DNA from: Anaeramoeba ignava BMAN
Taxonomy: Eukaryota > Protista > Anaeramoebae
Assembly: GCA_028826165.1 (NCBI GenBank)
Contig: JAPDFW010000136.1
Location: forward strand, 310,001 to 374,000
DNA: 64,000 bases
Reading direction: 5' to 3'
The notes beneath the pieces were generated by a model. That model did no database searches, was not told the origin of the DNA, and saw only the letters and a list, made by a program, of their open reading frames with translations. This document shows, piece after piece, positions 38,500 through 53,000 of the stretch. Within the stretch, counting starts at the first letter, position 1; each line of letters begins with the position of its first letter. Both the position numbers and the translations under genes were made by a program.

Positions 38500-39000
38500 T
38501 CAAAATTAATTTCAAAATTAAAATTAAAATTAAAATTAAAATCAAAATTAAAATTAAAATTAAAATTAAAATTAAAATTAAAATTAAAAATCAAAATTAA
38601 AATTAAAATCAAAATCAAAATTAAAATCAAAATTAAAAATTAAAAATTAAAATTAAAATTAAAATCAAAAATCAAAATTAAAATTAAAATTAAAATCAAA
38701 ATCAAAATTAAAAATTAAAATTCAAAATTAAAATTAAAAATCAAAATCAAAATAAAATTAAATCAAAATTAAAATTAAAATTAAAATTAAAATCAAAATT
38801 AAAATCAAAATAAAAATTAAAATCAAAATAAAATTAAAAATTAAAATCAAAATCAAAATTAAAATCAAAAATCAAAATTAAAAATCAAAATCAAAATCAA
38901 AATCAAAATCAAAATCAAAATCAAAATCAAAATCAAAATCAAAATCAAAATTAAAATCAAAATTAAAATCAAAATCAAAATTAAAAAATTAAAATCAAAA
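38500..39000. repeat. (AAAATT/AAAATC)n hexamer tract
   Basis: Directly visible. Confidence 0.85.
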
Positions 39001-39033
39001 AAAACATTTTTCATTTTTTTCATTTTTCAAAAT

Positions 39034-39270
39034 ATGTTGAGTATTAAAATTGGTTATCTTATTCAACCTCATAAACAAACTAAAATGAAATGGAATGAAT
39101 TAGTTGAATTTGCTAAAAAAAATTATAATATTGAATTAATATCTTTAAATTTAGAAACAATTCTTCAAGAAAATCCAAATGTTATTGCAATTATTCATAA
39201 AATTACTGATGAAATTGTTAAATCTTCAAATGGAGAAAATAAATACAAAATTCTTCTTGAAAATTTTAAT
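39034..39270 (+). CDS. Exon 1 of an inositol-tetrakisphosphate 1-kinase (ITPK1-like); remainder not found
   Basis: KIGYLIQPHK..KMKWNELVEFAKKNYNIELISLNL...IAIIHKITD resembles the ITPK1 N-terminus (IIHKLTD). GT donor at 39271. No downstream ATP-grasp exons seen before 41036. Confidence 0.65.
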
Positions 39271-39529
39271 GTAAAAATCAAAATTAAAATTAAAATTAAA
39301 ATCAAAATTAAAATTAAAATCAAAATCAAAATGAAAATCAAAATCAAAATGAAAATGAAAATGAAAATGAAAATGAAAATGAAAATCAAAATCAAAATTT
39401 AAATAAAAAATAGGAATAAGTTTAATTTAAGCAAAAATTTATGAAAGAATTAAAAATTAAATTCCCAATTTTAAATTTAATTATCAATCAATCTTTATTT
39501 TATTTTGGAAAATTGAAATTAAACCAAGT

Positions 39530-40845
39530 TAAAGAATATATTTTATTAATTTTATTTAAATTTTGAAAATAATTTTATATTATTTTAAATAAATGAAAAT
39601 TTTTAAAAAAAAATATAAAAGTTTTGATTTAATTTTAAATTTGAAACAATTTTTATTTATCAAAAACCTATTATTCTGTTTTAAAATAAATTTATTTGGA
39701 AAATCCAAATTTTCTTTCATTTTTGTTCAAAATTTTAAAAATAATTGATTTATTTTATTTTTAAATAAATAAATATTAAAGATGAAAAATATAAAATAGA
39801 AATTAATTTTAAATTTATTTATTTATTAATCTTTATTCTGTTTTGGAAATAAATTTAATTAAAATATTTTATTAAAATGAATTTGAAAATTTTAAAAATC
39901 AAAAGTTTATATTATTTTAAATAAATAAAAATCAAATTAAAAATATAAAATAAAATTAATTTGAAAATCAAAACCAAAATTAATCTCAAATTCAAAATTT
40001 GAAATGAAAATCAAATTAAAATATTTTTTTATTAAAATTTCAAAATTTAAAATTTTAATAACCAAAATTTTAAAATATTTTCAAAATCAAAATCAAAATC
40101 AAAATCAAAAAAAAATAAAATCAAAATTAATTTTAAATTTAATTATTTATTAAATCTTTATTTTGAAAATAAATTTAATTAAAAATCAAAATTAATTTTA
40201 TTTTAAATTTTAATAAAATTTTAAATTATTTTAAATAAAAAATCAAAATCAAAATTAAAAATATAAAATAGAATTAATTTTAAATGAATTTGAAAATGAA
40301 ATGAAAATGAAATAAATTTAATTAAAATATTTTTATTAATTTTATTTAAATTTTAACAATAAGTTTATATTATTTTAAATAAATAAATATTAATTAAATA
40401 TATAAAATATAATTAATTTTAAATTTAAGTATTTATTAATCTTTATTCTATTTTGGAAATAAATTTAATTAAAATATTTTATTAATTTTATTTAAATTTT
40501 AATAATAATTTTATATTATTTTAAATAAATAAATATTAATTAAAAATATAAAATATAATTAATTTTAAATTTAATTATTTATTAATCTTTATTCTGTTTT
40601 GGAAATAAATTTAATTAAAATATTTTATTAATTTTATTTAAATTTTAATAATAATTTTATATTATTTTAAATAAATAAATATTAATTAAAAATATAAAAT
40701 AGAATTAATTTTAAATTTAATTATTTATTAATCTTTATTCTATTTTGGAAATAAATTTAATTAAAATATAAAATAGAATTAATTTTAAATTTAATTATTT
40801 ATTAATCTTTATTCTATTTTGGAAATAAATTTAATTAAAATATTT
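39530..40845. repeat. ~146-bp AT-rich tandem repeat, degraded toward its left end
   Basis: Anchor ctttattct(a/g)ttttggaaat recurs at 40441, 40587 and 40733 (146-bp period), with a partial copy at 40807 and degenerate copies near 39830, 39670 and 39490. Confidence 0.8.
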
Positions 40846-41035
40846 TTCCTCTTTTTTTTGTTTTTTTTATTTATTTATTTTCCACTTTTTTTATTTAATT
40901 TTTAATTAAAAACAAAAAGCAAAAATTTTTTTTCCTTTTTCATTTTTCATTTTTTTTCATTTTTCCTTTTTTTTTAATAATTTTTTTTAATAAACAAAAA
41001 CAAAAACAACAACAAAAAAAAGAAAAAGAACATAA

Positions 41036-44000
41036 ATGAGCAATCAAACACAAACAAACGAAGAAAACAAACAAAATTCCAATTCAAATCAAAATCAAAA
41101 TTCAAAAATCAAAATCAAAATCAAAATCAAAAGAAAAATCAAAAGAAAAATCAAAATCAAAATCGAAATCAAAATCAAAAATCAAAACAAAAATCAGAAT
41201 CAGAAACAAAATCAAAAGCAAAAGAGAAAGAAAAATCAAAACAAGAACAAGAACAAAATCAAAATCAAAATCAAAATCAAAATCAAAAGAAAAATCAAAA
41301 TCAAAAGAAAAATCGAAATCAAAATCAAAAATCAAAACAAAAATCAGAATCAAAAGGAAAAGAGAAAGAAAAATCAAAACAAGAACAAAATCAAAATCAA
41401 AATCCAAAACAAGAACAAGAACAAAATCAAAATCAAAATCAAAATCAAAAGGAAAATAAAATAAAATATTTTCTTTTTATTCCAAATATTCCAGTAATTG
41501 GAAAAGAAATTCAAAAAGCAACTGGAAAAGGAATGAAAAAAATTTTAAAATCATGGGATAATCCAAAAATTCAATATCATCCTAAAATTATTTTTATTTA
41601 TTTTGAAAAAATTCAGAAAGAGAAAAAATTTAAACCAGGATTAAAACTTAAATTATCAAAAATATCTTTTCAATTTTCTGCTCAACAATTATTACGACAG
41701 AATACTTTATTTTTATTTCCAAAAGTAATAGAAGATTATAAAAAAATTGCTTCAGAAATGATTGATACATGCTTTGAAGAATTTCTTTCTGAAGAATTTA
41801 CTTCTAAAGAAAAAGAAAAAGAATCTATTCTTAATTTTGTTATTTCAATAAGAAATTTAATGAATCATAATATTTTTAAAAAACAAAACAAAGAAACAAC
41901 AGAAATTTCAAAAGTCAGATATCAAGAAGAAAATGAAAGTATCGAACAAAAGATACAAAAAGGAAATGAAAATGTTCAACCAAAGATACAAGAAGAAAAA
42001 ATAAGTGAAATGGAAAAAATTCTTGAACAAGAATTAACAAATCAAATTTTGAAAATTGACAAAAACTACAAAGAAATAATCGAAAAAAAAAAAGAAATAA
42101 AAATAAATTTTACTGATGTTATTGATGATTTTCTTCAAATTTCATTCAAAACAAAATTTCTATTTCTAAATGAAATGTTAGGAAAAAAATTATTGTCTTA
42201 TCTTTATTTGACATGTCTTTGTTCAGAAAAATATTTGCCAGAATTTAAAACAAAAATTCAGAATTATTTCCAAAAATTCCAAAATGCTACAAAAAATTTA
42301 GCTCTTTTTATTTATGAAAATGATTTTTTTGAAAATCATCAAATTAGAATTAAATTTACAAACTTATTTATAATTGATGAAAAAATTTGGAATTTACAAT
42401 TTTTTTTATTTCTTCCTAATTATCTAAGATTTATACAAAGAGAAGAAAAAGAAAAAGAAAGTTTACTTTCTCAATTTTCACCTGAAGAAATGTTTCAAGA
42501 AATATATACATTTATTAAATCAAATAAATTAGATAAAGTACATTTTGAGCTTTTATTCAAAAATTTACATCTTTTTTTTGATGATAAAATTTATCCAAAA
42601 ACACAAGAATTAAAACGTTTATTTTCTGAAAATTTTTTCAATGATGCATTTAAAGATTATCTTGATTCTCGATTTGATTTATTCATTACACAAATTTTCA
42701 AAAATTTACAATTTACAAAAATGGAAGAATTTTATAATTTTTGGAGAAAAGTTCTTGTTAAAATAAAATCTTTCCCTTTGCATAATGATGAAGAAAAAAA
42801 ATCAATCAAAGAAGAATTTACAAACATTAATAATTTTAGTAATTTGAATTGGTCAGAATATTATTTCAATAATAAACAAGAACAACAAATTGAATATTGG
42901 TTTGATTTTGATAATACAATTAATAATAAGGTATATCAAGATTGTTATGAAGATGAAGATTTTTCAGAAAGTGATGATGTAAATGATAAAGAAATTCATG
43001 ATCAATTTCAGGATTTGGATCCAAATGACTTTCAAGAAATCTCTCAAGAAACACTTGAAAATTTACAAAAAAAACAAAAAAATAGATTAATTTCATTTCA
43101 AAAAGTGATATTTGAAAATTTTTATAAGCAGAAATTTATTTCAGAAAAAGATTCAATACAAAAACTAGAAATTATTTTTGATCCAAATACATTTAAATAC
43201 TTAAAATTTTTTTTTCATTTTATTGCTGATGACTTTTTCCTTTTTATTCAATCCATATTTCAAACTATTTCAAAACAAAAAATTATTCAAAATGATAAGA
43301 TTATTCAATCAATACCACCATATATGCAATTTAAACTTTTTGAAGATACTATAAAAGAAATTAAATTTACAGATGATATTAAAACAATTTTGCAACCAGA
43401 AAAAGAAGATACTAATAATAAAAATTTAAAGTTAATTTTAGAATGGAGAATTAAATTGGATAAATCTTTTAATCAAATTCCCAATTCAAATTTAAAAAAA
43501 GAAATTCAAAAAATATATGAAAATTTTCAAAAATATATCAAAGATACAAATAATCATTCTTTCATTCAACTTGAAAATTTAATTAATCAATCATTTTGGA
43601 AATGTCTTGAAAAATTTTCTCCAGAAGAATACAAAAATAATCAAAATTTATATGAGGAATTAAAGAATCAAAAACAATTATTTGAAATTTTATCAGGATA
43701 TTATTCTCAAAATGAACAAAAAATCCAAAAAATTCAAAAAATTAATGAAATCTTTGAAATGTTTAATAATTCTAAAATTTCAATTTCTGAAATACAAAAG
43801 CAAACTAAAGATAAAAAAATTGATAAGGAATCTAATATTGGATTTATCCTAAATTATCAAAAAAGTAAAATTTTTAAAATGGATATTTTGGATACTTTTT
43901 TTCAAATTAACCCAGAAGAAGATATTTTTAATCAATTAAATCAATTATCAAATTATCAAAAAACTATGATCCAAAAATTTAAAGAAAAATTTGATTATAT

Positions 44001-47000
44001 TTTTAATCAAGAAATAACATTTGAAGAAATAGATCAAATACTTTTAAATTTTACAGATATTAGTTTATTTAAAGAAGAACTTGAAATATTAGAATCTTTT
44101 TTTCAAATTCAAGAAAATCAAAATCGAAAAGAAATTCAAAATGAAAATCAAGAAATTAAAGAAAATAAAGAAATTCAAAATAAAAATCAAAGAAATTGAA
44201 GAAAATAAAGAAATTCAAGAAAATAAAGAAATTCAAGAAAATAAAGAAATTCAAGAAAATAAAGAAATTGAAGAAATTAAAGAAATTCAAAATGAAAATA
44301 AGGAAATTGAAGAAAATAAAGCAAATGAAATTTATAATATGATCGTTAAATATAAAGAAAATCAAGAAAATCAAGAAAATCAATTCATTTTCAAGTTTTT
44401 GTCTCATTTTAAATTTAAAGATGAATTTATTACAATTTTTTTCAATGAAAACTGGAGAAAAAAGCAACCTTTAAAAGAAATTAATAAAATAGTTGAGATC
44501 TATCAAACAATTAATTCATTATCAGAAAAATTTAAAACTTTAGAATCAAATTTTTCAAATCATTTCTCTCAACTTTTTGAAATTTTCATAAATTTCCCAA
44601 ATGATGAAAAATTTATCATTTTCCTTAATTCAACAAAATGTAGAAGGTCATTAGAAAAATTTTTGAAACAAAAAAGAGAACAAATGAAGAAATTTCTTTA
44701 TAAAACAACTCCATTTAAATCTTTTGAAAAATTGATTGATTTAGCAATAAGTTCAATTTCAAAAGAAATTGAAAAAGAAAAAGAAAAAGAAATTGATTAT
44801 CAAGAAGTAGAAAAATTTCTTTCCAAATTCTCATCATTTAAAATGAAAAAAATATCAACTGAACAAAAAATCTTAAATAATTTAGCTTTAATTTTTGGAA
44901 AAGAAAGTTCTAATTATCATTTCATTTATTTATCTAATGAAAAAGTTGGATTTTTATATCAAAATGAAAAACAAAAACAAGAGAAATCACTTAATTTTAA
45001 AGATTTTTTAGAAATTAATATATTTTATGATAATATTATATCCAAAAAAGAATACAAAAAAGAACTTGAAATTTTTAAAACAAATTTTTCAAAAATTGAA
45101 AAAATAACAGAAATTAGTATTAAATTAAAAAATTTACATTTTGTTCAAATACCAAAAGATTCTTCAAAAAAACATAAATCTTCATTAACTGATTTTCAAA
45201 GTAAATTAGATAATTTTGAAAAAGAACTTTCATTAAATTTATCTGAATGGGAAAAAATTATTAAATTTCCTCAATCATTTCAAATTTCTTTCTTTTCACA
45301 AGAACAATTTTCCTCAATTATTGAAGGTTATTTTTCAAAAAAAAAGGAAGATGAATCAAATTCACTTTCACTTCTTTCTTCGTTTTATCCTAATTTTAAT
45401 TCAAAAAAATTTGGAAAACTGTTTACAAGTTCATCAAAAAAAGAAAAAAATTTAACAAAATTAAAAAATTTTATTCAAAATATATCTAAATTATCTATTA
45501 AAGATTCAATTAAAAAAAGAACAAAAGAAATTTCAATTCCAAGTGCAAAAATTAACAAAAAAGATATACCAAAAAAGAATAAAAAAATTACTCAAATTCT
45601 TGAAGGAAATAAGGAAATACAACCTTTAAATATTTCCTTTTGCAAAATTCCAAAAGAAAAAAAAGTTTATAAAATAGTGACAAGTTTATATTTTGTTTAT
45701 TGCAATCACTTCCCATTAAAAGAAAATGTTTTGATTTGTAATCAAGAAAATACAATGATAAATGATATTGAAAAATTCTTTTCTATTTATCAAATTTACA
45801 ATCAAATTTATGAAGAAAACGATGATAAACAAAAGTATATTTTCACAATTATTCATTCACATAAACTAAATCCAGAATGTTTAAATTTCCTCAACAAAAA
45901 AATTCAAGAAATTTCATATAAAATACATTTTCCATTAGTTATTTTTTATTATGAAAATTATATTGGGAGTTTCAGCATTATAAACCATTTCCAAAAATCT
46001 TTAATATCATATAAAGACTTTGTTATTCCTCAAAATTTTATAGATCATATCATTTTTAAAACAAAATTACATGAAAATTTACAGATATTTTCTTCTGATT
46101 TTCCTGGAATGGGGAAAAGTTATCAAATATACAAAAAATTTATTGATTTAAAGAAAAATTCAAAGGAAAATTCAAAGAAAAATTTTCATATCATAATTTC
46201 GTAATTTCGAATGGAACAACAAAAGAATTTATTGATACAATTTATTCTATAATTAATTCTCACAAAAATTATTTCAAATTTATTCATATAGAACTTCCTT
46301 TCTCAATTAAATTAGAAACTCTAGATTATCTTTGGACTCTTTCTATGTGGGATTCGATTGAATCTAAAAGAAAATTATCCCAAAATTTCAACTGGATTTT
46401 TGATTCATCTTCTTATTTTTTAGCATTAGAAGTATCAAGTAAAAAAGAAACAAAAATCTCAAGTCAATTTGATCATTTCCCTCTATTATATTTTTTTGAA
46501 AGAAACGAAATGGAAGTTGATTCAGAGATATTTTCTCTTAATAAATATCATTTAAATAATTTCAATATTGAGGAGAAAAAAGATGAAAAATGGAAAAGTA
46601 TTGAAAGCTTCTTTAATTCATTTAAAGATTATTTACAAGATTCCAATATAACAAAATCTGATAAAAAACAATTCAAACTCAAATTATTTACTTTTTTAAA
46701 AAACAAAATTTCAGAAAAACTTGTTGATGAAAATTTAACTTTCCGATTATTTTCAAATCTTATTGTTATATTAAAATCACAAAATGAACTATTATCTAAT
46801 TTTATAAACATAATTAAATCTGGAAAACAACAAGAACAACAACTATTCATTGAATCATTATTGAAAGTTTATTTTTCTTCAATTATTAACATCATTTCAA
46901 GTTTTCTTCATTGGAATCAAAAAGAAGAAGAATATAATTATTCAAATGAATCAGAACATTTTTGGAAAATATTAAGTAACAAAATTAAATGGAATGACAA

Positions 47001-50000
47001 ACAATTATCCATTCCTTTGTTTTTGCAAAATAATGATTCAAAAAATGAAAAATTAAGAACGTTATTTATCAGTAATATAAATTTACAATCAATTTTTGAT
47101 TCAAAAAGTTATCAAAAATCAATGATCAAAATCTAATCACTTTTTATGAAATTTCACAAGATTTAATCGATATTTTTCTGAAAGAAGTTTCAAATATTTT
47201 CTTATCATTTAATCCAACAAATTCCCAATTATTAAATATTTTTTCAAATTTCCCTGAGAAATTTAACAATGGAGAATATCCTTTTTTTATACAAGAAAGC
47301 AATATAATCAAAATGATTTATATCATCTTTAAATTATCTTTGAATATTCCTGTTATATTTATAGATGGAGATGAAATTGAAACCAAATTAATTATCCAAT
47401 ATTTATTGAAAAATATTTTCAATCAAAAACTTATTATCTATTATGTTAATTCTCAAACAACACAAGAAGATATTATTGAAGTTATTGAAAAAGCCAAACA
47501 ATTTATCAAAAAGGATTCAAAACCAACAATCAATATTTGGTTCCATAATTTCAATTGTTCATCCAAAGAATGTATCATTTTATTCAAAAAAATTTTACTT
47601 GATAGAGTTATTAAACAAGAATCAATCCCAGAAAATATTCATTTCTTAGCTTCATTTAAATCTGCTTTTTCAAGTAATATTCCTCAAGATCAGAATAATA
47701 ATAATAATAATTTAATTTCTTTACCTCAAATAATTCCTGAATCATTTTTCCAAGATTTATATGATTTTGGAAATTCTCCATCTTTGGATGAATTAAAAAT
47801 TATTCAAGCAATTCTTCTTCAAAACATTTCCAAACCAATTCCAGAATTTATATTCCTTCATTATCAAATACAGGAATTATCACAAATAATTTTCTATTCA
47901 AGAAAACACATTAAAAAACATTCAACTTTTCCTAATGAATATTTTGAATCTTATCAAGATGTTTCAATTTTTACAAGAGTATTTCAATGGTTAATATGCA
48001 ATCCAATTGGTGAAATATTTATTACTAATGAAAATACTTTATCAGAAAAAGTTTATTTAACGTTTTCGTTATGTTTCTTTCTTGTTTATTTTTATTATTT
48101 GGATGGAGAAAAAAGAGATTCATTATTATCTAAAATGAATAGAAAAATTAAATTATTCAATATTGAAGAAAATTTTAATACAATTATAAGCAATTTATTT
48201 AACTTCTTGGAAATTGATTTATCCAAAAATGATATTGTTAAAAACAAAATCTTAAAGGAGAATATACTTTTTATTTTGGTTTCATGTTTCTCTCAAATAC
48301 CTTTATTAATAATCGGAAAACCAGGTAAAATTTGAATATTTAAAAAAAAACAAATATTAAAATATTAAATTATTAAATTTGTTTTATATTATTAGGAACT
48401 TCAAAAACAATTTCTTTGGAAATTATTTTCGATTTATTTAAATTTAATCCAAATCAAAAACCTAAATTACAAAAAATGAAAATTCCTTATTTAAAAAAAA
48501 TTGAAATCATTTCTTCAGAATTAATATCAAAAGAATATCTTCAAAAATTTCAAGATGGCATGACAAAATTTACAAAAAAATCAAAGAGATGTTATTCCTG
48601 TTTTTATTTTTAAAGAATTTACAAATTTATCAAATGAATCCTTAAAAGTTCTTTATTCTCAAATACAAACTATTTTGAATGAAAAATATAATTTTCCAAA
48701 TGAGAATTTATTACCATTTCCTTCAATTATTTTATTATCAAATTCCTTTGTTGATTTTCCATTTTGTGGATTTGTTTTAAATCATCAATATTTTAATTTT
48801 AAAGAATTTGAACTAACAATAGAAGAACTTTTAATTCAATTTCCTGATGAAATTAGTGGATTTTTGAAGGAACAAATTTCTTATATTTTTAGTAATCAAG
48901 AAAAGATCATTTCAAAACAATTTCCACAAATAATCCAAAATCAAAAATTGGAAACTAATTTTTATGATGTCAGAGATGTTTATGCTTTTATTCGTGATTT
49001 CAAATCAATTTATTCTGAAAGTGATGAATCTGCATATTTATTTAATGGTTATAAATTATTAATTTTCAAACATTTTGGAATTACTCAAGAATCTTTCCCA
49101 GAATTTTTCGAAAATTTACCATTTAAAATACCTAGAAAAGAAAAAAAAATTAATTTTGAAGAATTAATTTCCGAAAATTTAAAACCAAAAAGAAAAACAA
49201 AATCGATTAGAATCTGCTAAATCTTTAAGACATATTTTATTATCTATTCAAGATGCTTCATTTTTTACAATTTTATATGATAAATTCTTTCATGATAATT
49301 CTACTGTAATAAGTTCTTCAAAAATATTTTCCACTTTAAAGAAATCTAAAGAAGATGAATTAAAAGAAAAATTAATGATTGTTGAATTTTGCATTACAAA
49401 TGGGAAAAAACTTATTATTTTTGATTATCCAGAAATTTATCCATTTTTATATAAATTATTCAATCAAAATTATATTCAAAAAGATGGTGATATTTTAGTA
49501 ACCATATCTTTTGGAGAAGAATCAAGAAAAATAATTATTAATCCAAATTTCAGATTGTTTGTTATAACAACAAATGGAATAAATTATGAATTTAGTAATT
49601 CTGCAATAAGAAATCATTTTGGAAAGTATAATATTGATGATTCTTTTTTCGAAATTAAAAAATCAAAACAATTAAAAAAACTGGAAAAATTTATGAAAGT
49701 ATATGAATCAAAAAATGGCAACAATGAATTAATATTTGGATTTAATCAAACTTTTTTCAATTCTTTAATTTCAAAATATCAAGAGAAAAACTCACAAAAA
49801 TCCAAGAAAGAATCAGAACAAAAAATTAAACGGAAATTGGTTGAATTTTTTAAATTGAAGAGAGTAATGCAAATTAGGAGTTCAATACCAAAAGAAGAAA
49901 ATTCAAATGATAATCAAAGTTTAAATGAAATTTTGAATGATTATCAAGAGAAAGATTCTTATGTTAATTTTGATCATTTCTTTGAAAATGAAATTGAAAA

Positions 50001-53000
50001 AAACAAAATTAAGAAATCAATTATTTTCACAAATTCAAAGGAAAATGGAATTGAAAATTCCAAAAAAAATTTAAATGAACGTTCAGTATTAATTGATTTC
50101 AGGAATGGAAATAAAAATAATAAAAATAAATTAGAAGATATATCAAAAGTTGATCAAAAAAGAAATATTTTGATGATACATTTTGAACAAGAACAAATTT
50201 CAGAATTTTATGAAATGAAGTTTTTTATTGAAACAATTGAATATGAATATTCAAAGCCAAAAATTGAAATGGAAAATCAAGATGAAGAAAAAGATAAAGA
50301 TAATAAAGATAAATCAAAATCAAAATCAAAATCAAAATCAAAATCAAAATCAAAATCAAAATCAAAAGACAAAGAAAAAGATAAAGAAAAAGATAATAAA
50401 GATAAAGATAAAAATAAAGATAAAGATAAAAATAAAGATAATAAAGATAAAAATAAAGATAAAAATAAGCATACACATAAACATCAAAGTAAATCAAGAG
50501 ATGGATCAGAACCAAGTCATACAAGAAAGGATTCTCATACAAGACATAAATCAAAAGATAAAGATAATAAAGATAATAAAGATAATAAAGATAATAAAGA
50601 TAATAAAGAAAAAGATAAAGATAAAGATAATAAAGATAAAGATAATAAAGATAAAGATAAAGATAAAAATAAAGAAAAAGATAATAAAGATAATAAAGAT
50701 AATAAAGATAAAGATAAAGATAAAGATAAAGATAAAGATAAAGATAAAGATAAAGATAAAGATAAAGATAAAGATAAAAATAAAGATAAAGATAAAGATA
50801 AAGATAAAAATAAAGATAAAGATAAAGATAAAAATAAAGATAAAGATAAAGATAAAGATAAAAATAAAGATAAAGATAAAGATAAAAATAAAGATAAAAA
50901 TAAGCATACACATAAACATCAAAGTAAATCAAGAGATGGATCAGAACCAAGTCATACAAGAAAGGATTCTCATACAAGACATAAATCAAAAGATAAAGAT
51001 AATAAAGATAATAAAGATAATAAAGATAAAAAAGATAAAGATAAAGATAAAGATAAAGATAAAGATAAAGATAATAAAGATAAAGATAATAAAGATAAAG
51101 AAAAAGATAATAAAGATAATAAAGATAATAAAGATAATAAAGATAAAGATAAAGATAAAAATAAAGATAAAGATAAAGATAAAGATAAAAATAAAGATAA
51201 AGATAAGCATACACATAAACATCAAAGTAAATCAAGAGATGGATCAGAACCAAGTCATACAAGAAAGGATTCTCATACAAGACATAAATCAAAAGATAAA
51301 GATAATAAAGATAAAGATAATAAAGACAAAGAAAAAGATAAAGATAATAAAGATAAAGATAATAAAGATAATAAAGATAAAGATAATAAAGATAAAGAAA
51401 AAAATAAAGATAAAGATAAAGATAAAGATAAAGATAAAGATAAAGATAAAGATAAAGATAAAGATAAAGATAAAGATAAAAATAAAGATAAAGACAAAGA
51501 TAAAGATAAAGATAAAGATAAAGATAAAGATAAAGATAAAGAAAAAGACAAAGATAAAGATAAAGAAAAAGATAAAGATAATAAAGATAAAGATAAAGAT
51601 AAAAATAAAGATAAAAATAAAGATAAAGATAAAGATAAAGATAAAGATAAAGATAAAGATAAAGATAAAGATAAAGATAAAGATAAAGATAAAGATAAAG
51701 ATAAAGATAAAGATAAAGATAAAGATAAAGATAAGCATACACATAAACATCAAAGTAAATCAAGAGATGGATCAGAACCAAGTCATACAAGAAAGGATTC
51801 TCATACAAGACATAAATCAAAAGATAAAGATAAAAATAAAGATAAAAATAAAGATAAAGATAAAGATAAAGATAAAGATAAAGATAAAGAAAAAGAAAAA
51901 GAAAAAGATAAAGATAAAGATAAAGATAAAGAAAAAGATAAAGACAAAGACAAAGATAAAGACAAAGATAAAGACAAAGATAAAGATAAAGATAAAGATA
52001 AAGATAAAGATAAAGATAAAGATAAAGATAAAAATAAAGATAAAGATAAAAATAAAGATAAAGATAAAGATAATAAAGATAAAAATAAAGATAAAGATAA
52101 GCATACACATAAACATCAAAGTAAATCAAGAGATGGATCAGAACCAAGTCATACAAGAAAGGATTCTCATACAAGACATAAATCAAAAGATAAAGATAAT
52201 AAAGAAAAAGATAAAGATAAAGATAAATCAAAATCAAAATCAAAATCAAAATCAAAATCAAAATCAAAATCAAAATCAAAACCAAAAGACAAAGAAAAAG
52301 AAAAAGAAAAAGAAAAAGAAAAAGATAAAGATAAAGATAAAGATAAAGATAAAGATAAAGATAAAGATAAAGATAAAAATAAAGATAAAGATAAAAATAA
52401 AGATAAAGATAAAAATAAAGATAAAGATAAGCATACACATAAACATCAAAGTAAATCAAGAGATGGATCAGAACCAAGTCATACAAGAAAGGATTCTCAT
52501 ACAAGACATAAATCAAAAGATAAAGATAATAAAGAAAAAGATAAAGAAAAAGATAAAGAAAAAGATAAAGAAAAAGATAAAGATAAAAAATTTACTCCAG
52601 AATATGTTATATTTGTTATTCATTTATCCCAAAATAACAAATTTGATAATTTCCCATTTTGTTTTGAAAAAGATTCCGAACATTACTATATTGAAGAATT
52701 ATACCCAAAAATAAATTTGGAATTTTTATTAACTCCAAATTTAACATTGAAAAACATTTACGAAAAATTAATTTATCAAAAATTACATGATGAAAATTTA
52801 ATTGATCCAAAAAATTTATTTCAACAAATTGCTGGAATTTCTCTTTCAAGAAATACTGATTTCAAACAGGAAAATTACAAATTCTTAAAGGAAATACTTG
52901 AAAAAAATCTTCAAAATGAAAAATTTGTTAAGATAGTTTCAGAAAAAATTGCTGAAATGATTGATATTGGATGCAAAGCTGGTTATTTAAGTTATAAATT

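Noticed and set aside
50460-52520. Identical cassettes separated by variable spacers, CRISPR-like in layout
   Set aside because: The units are ~90 bp, the spacers are simple (AAAGAT)n, the whole tract is in-frame coding sequence in a eukaryotic gene, and no cas genes are present.
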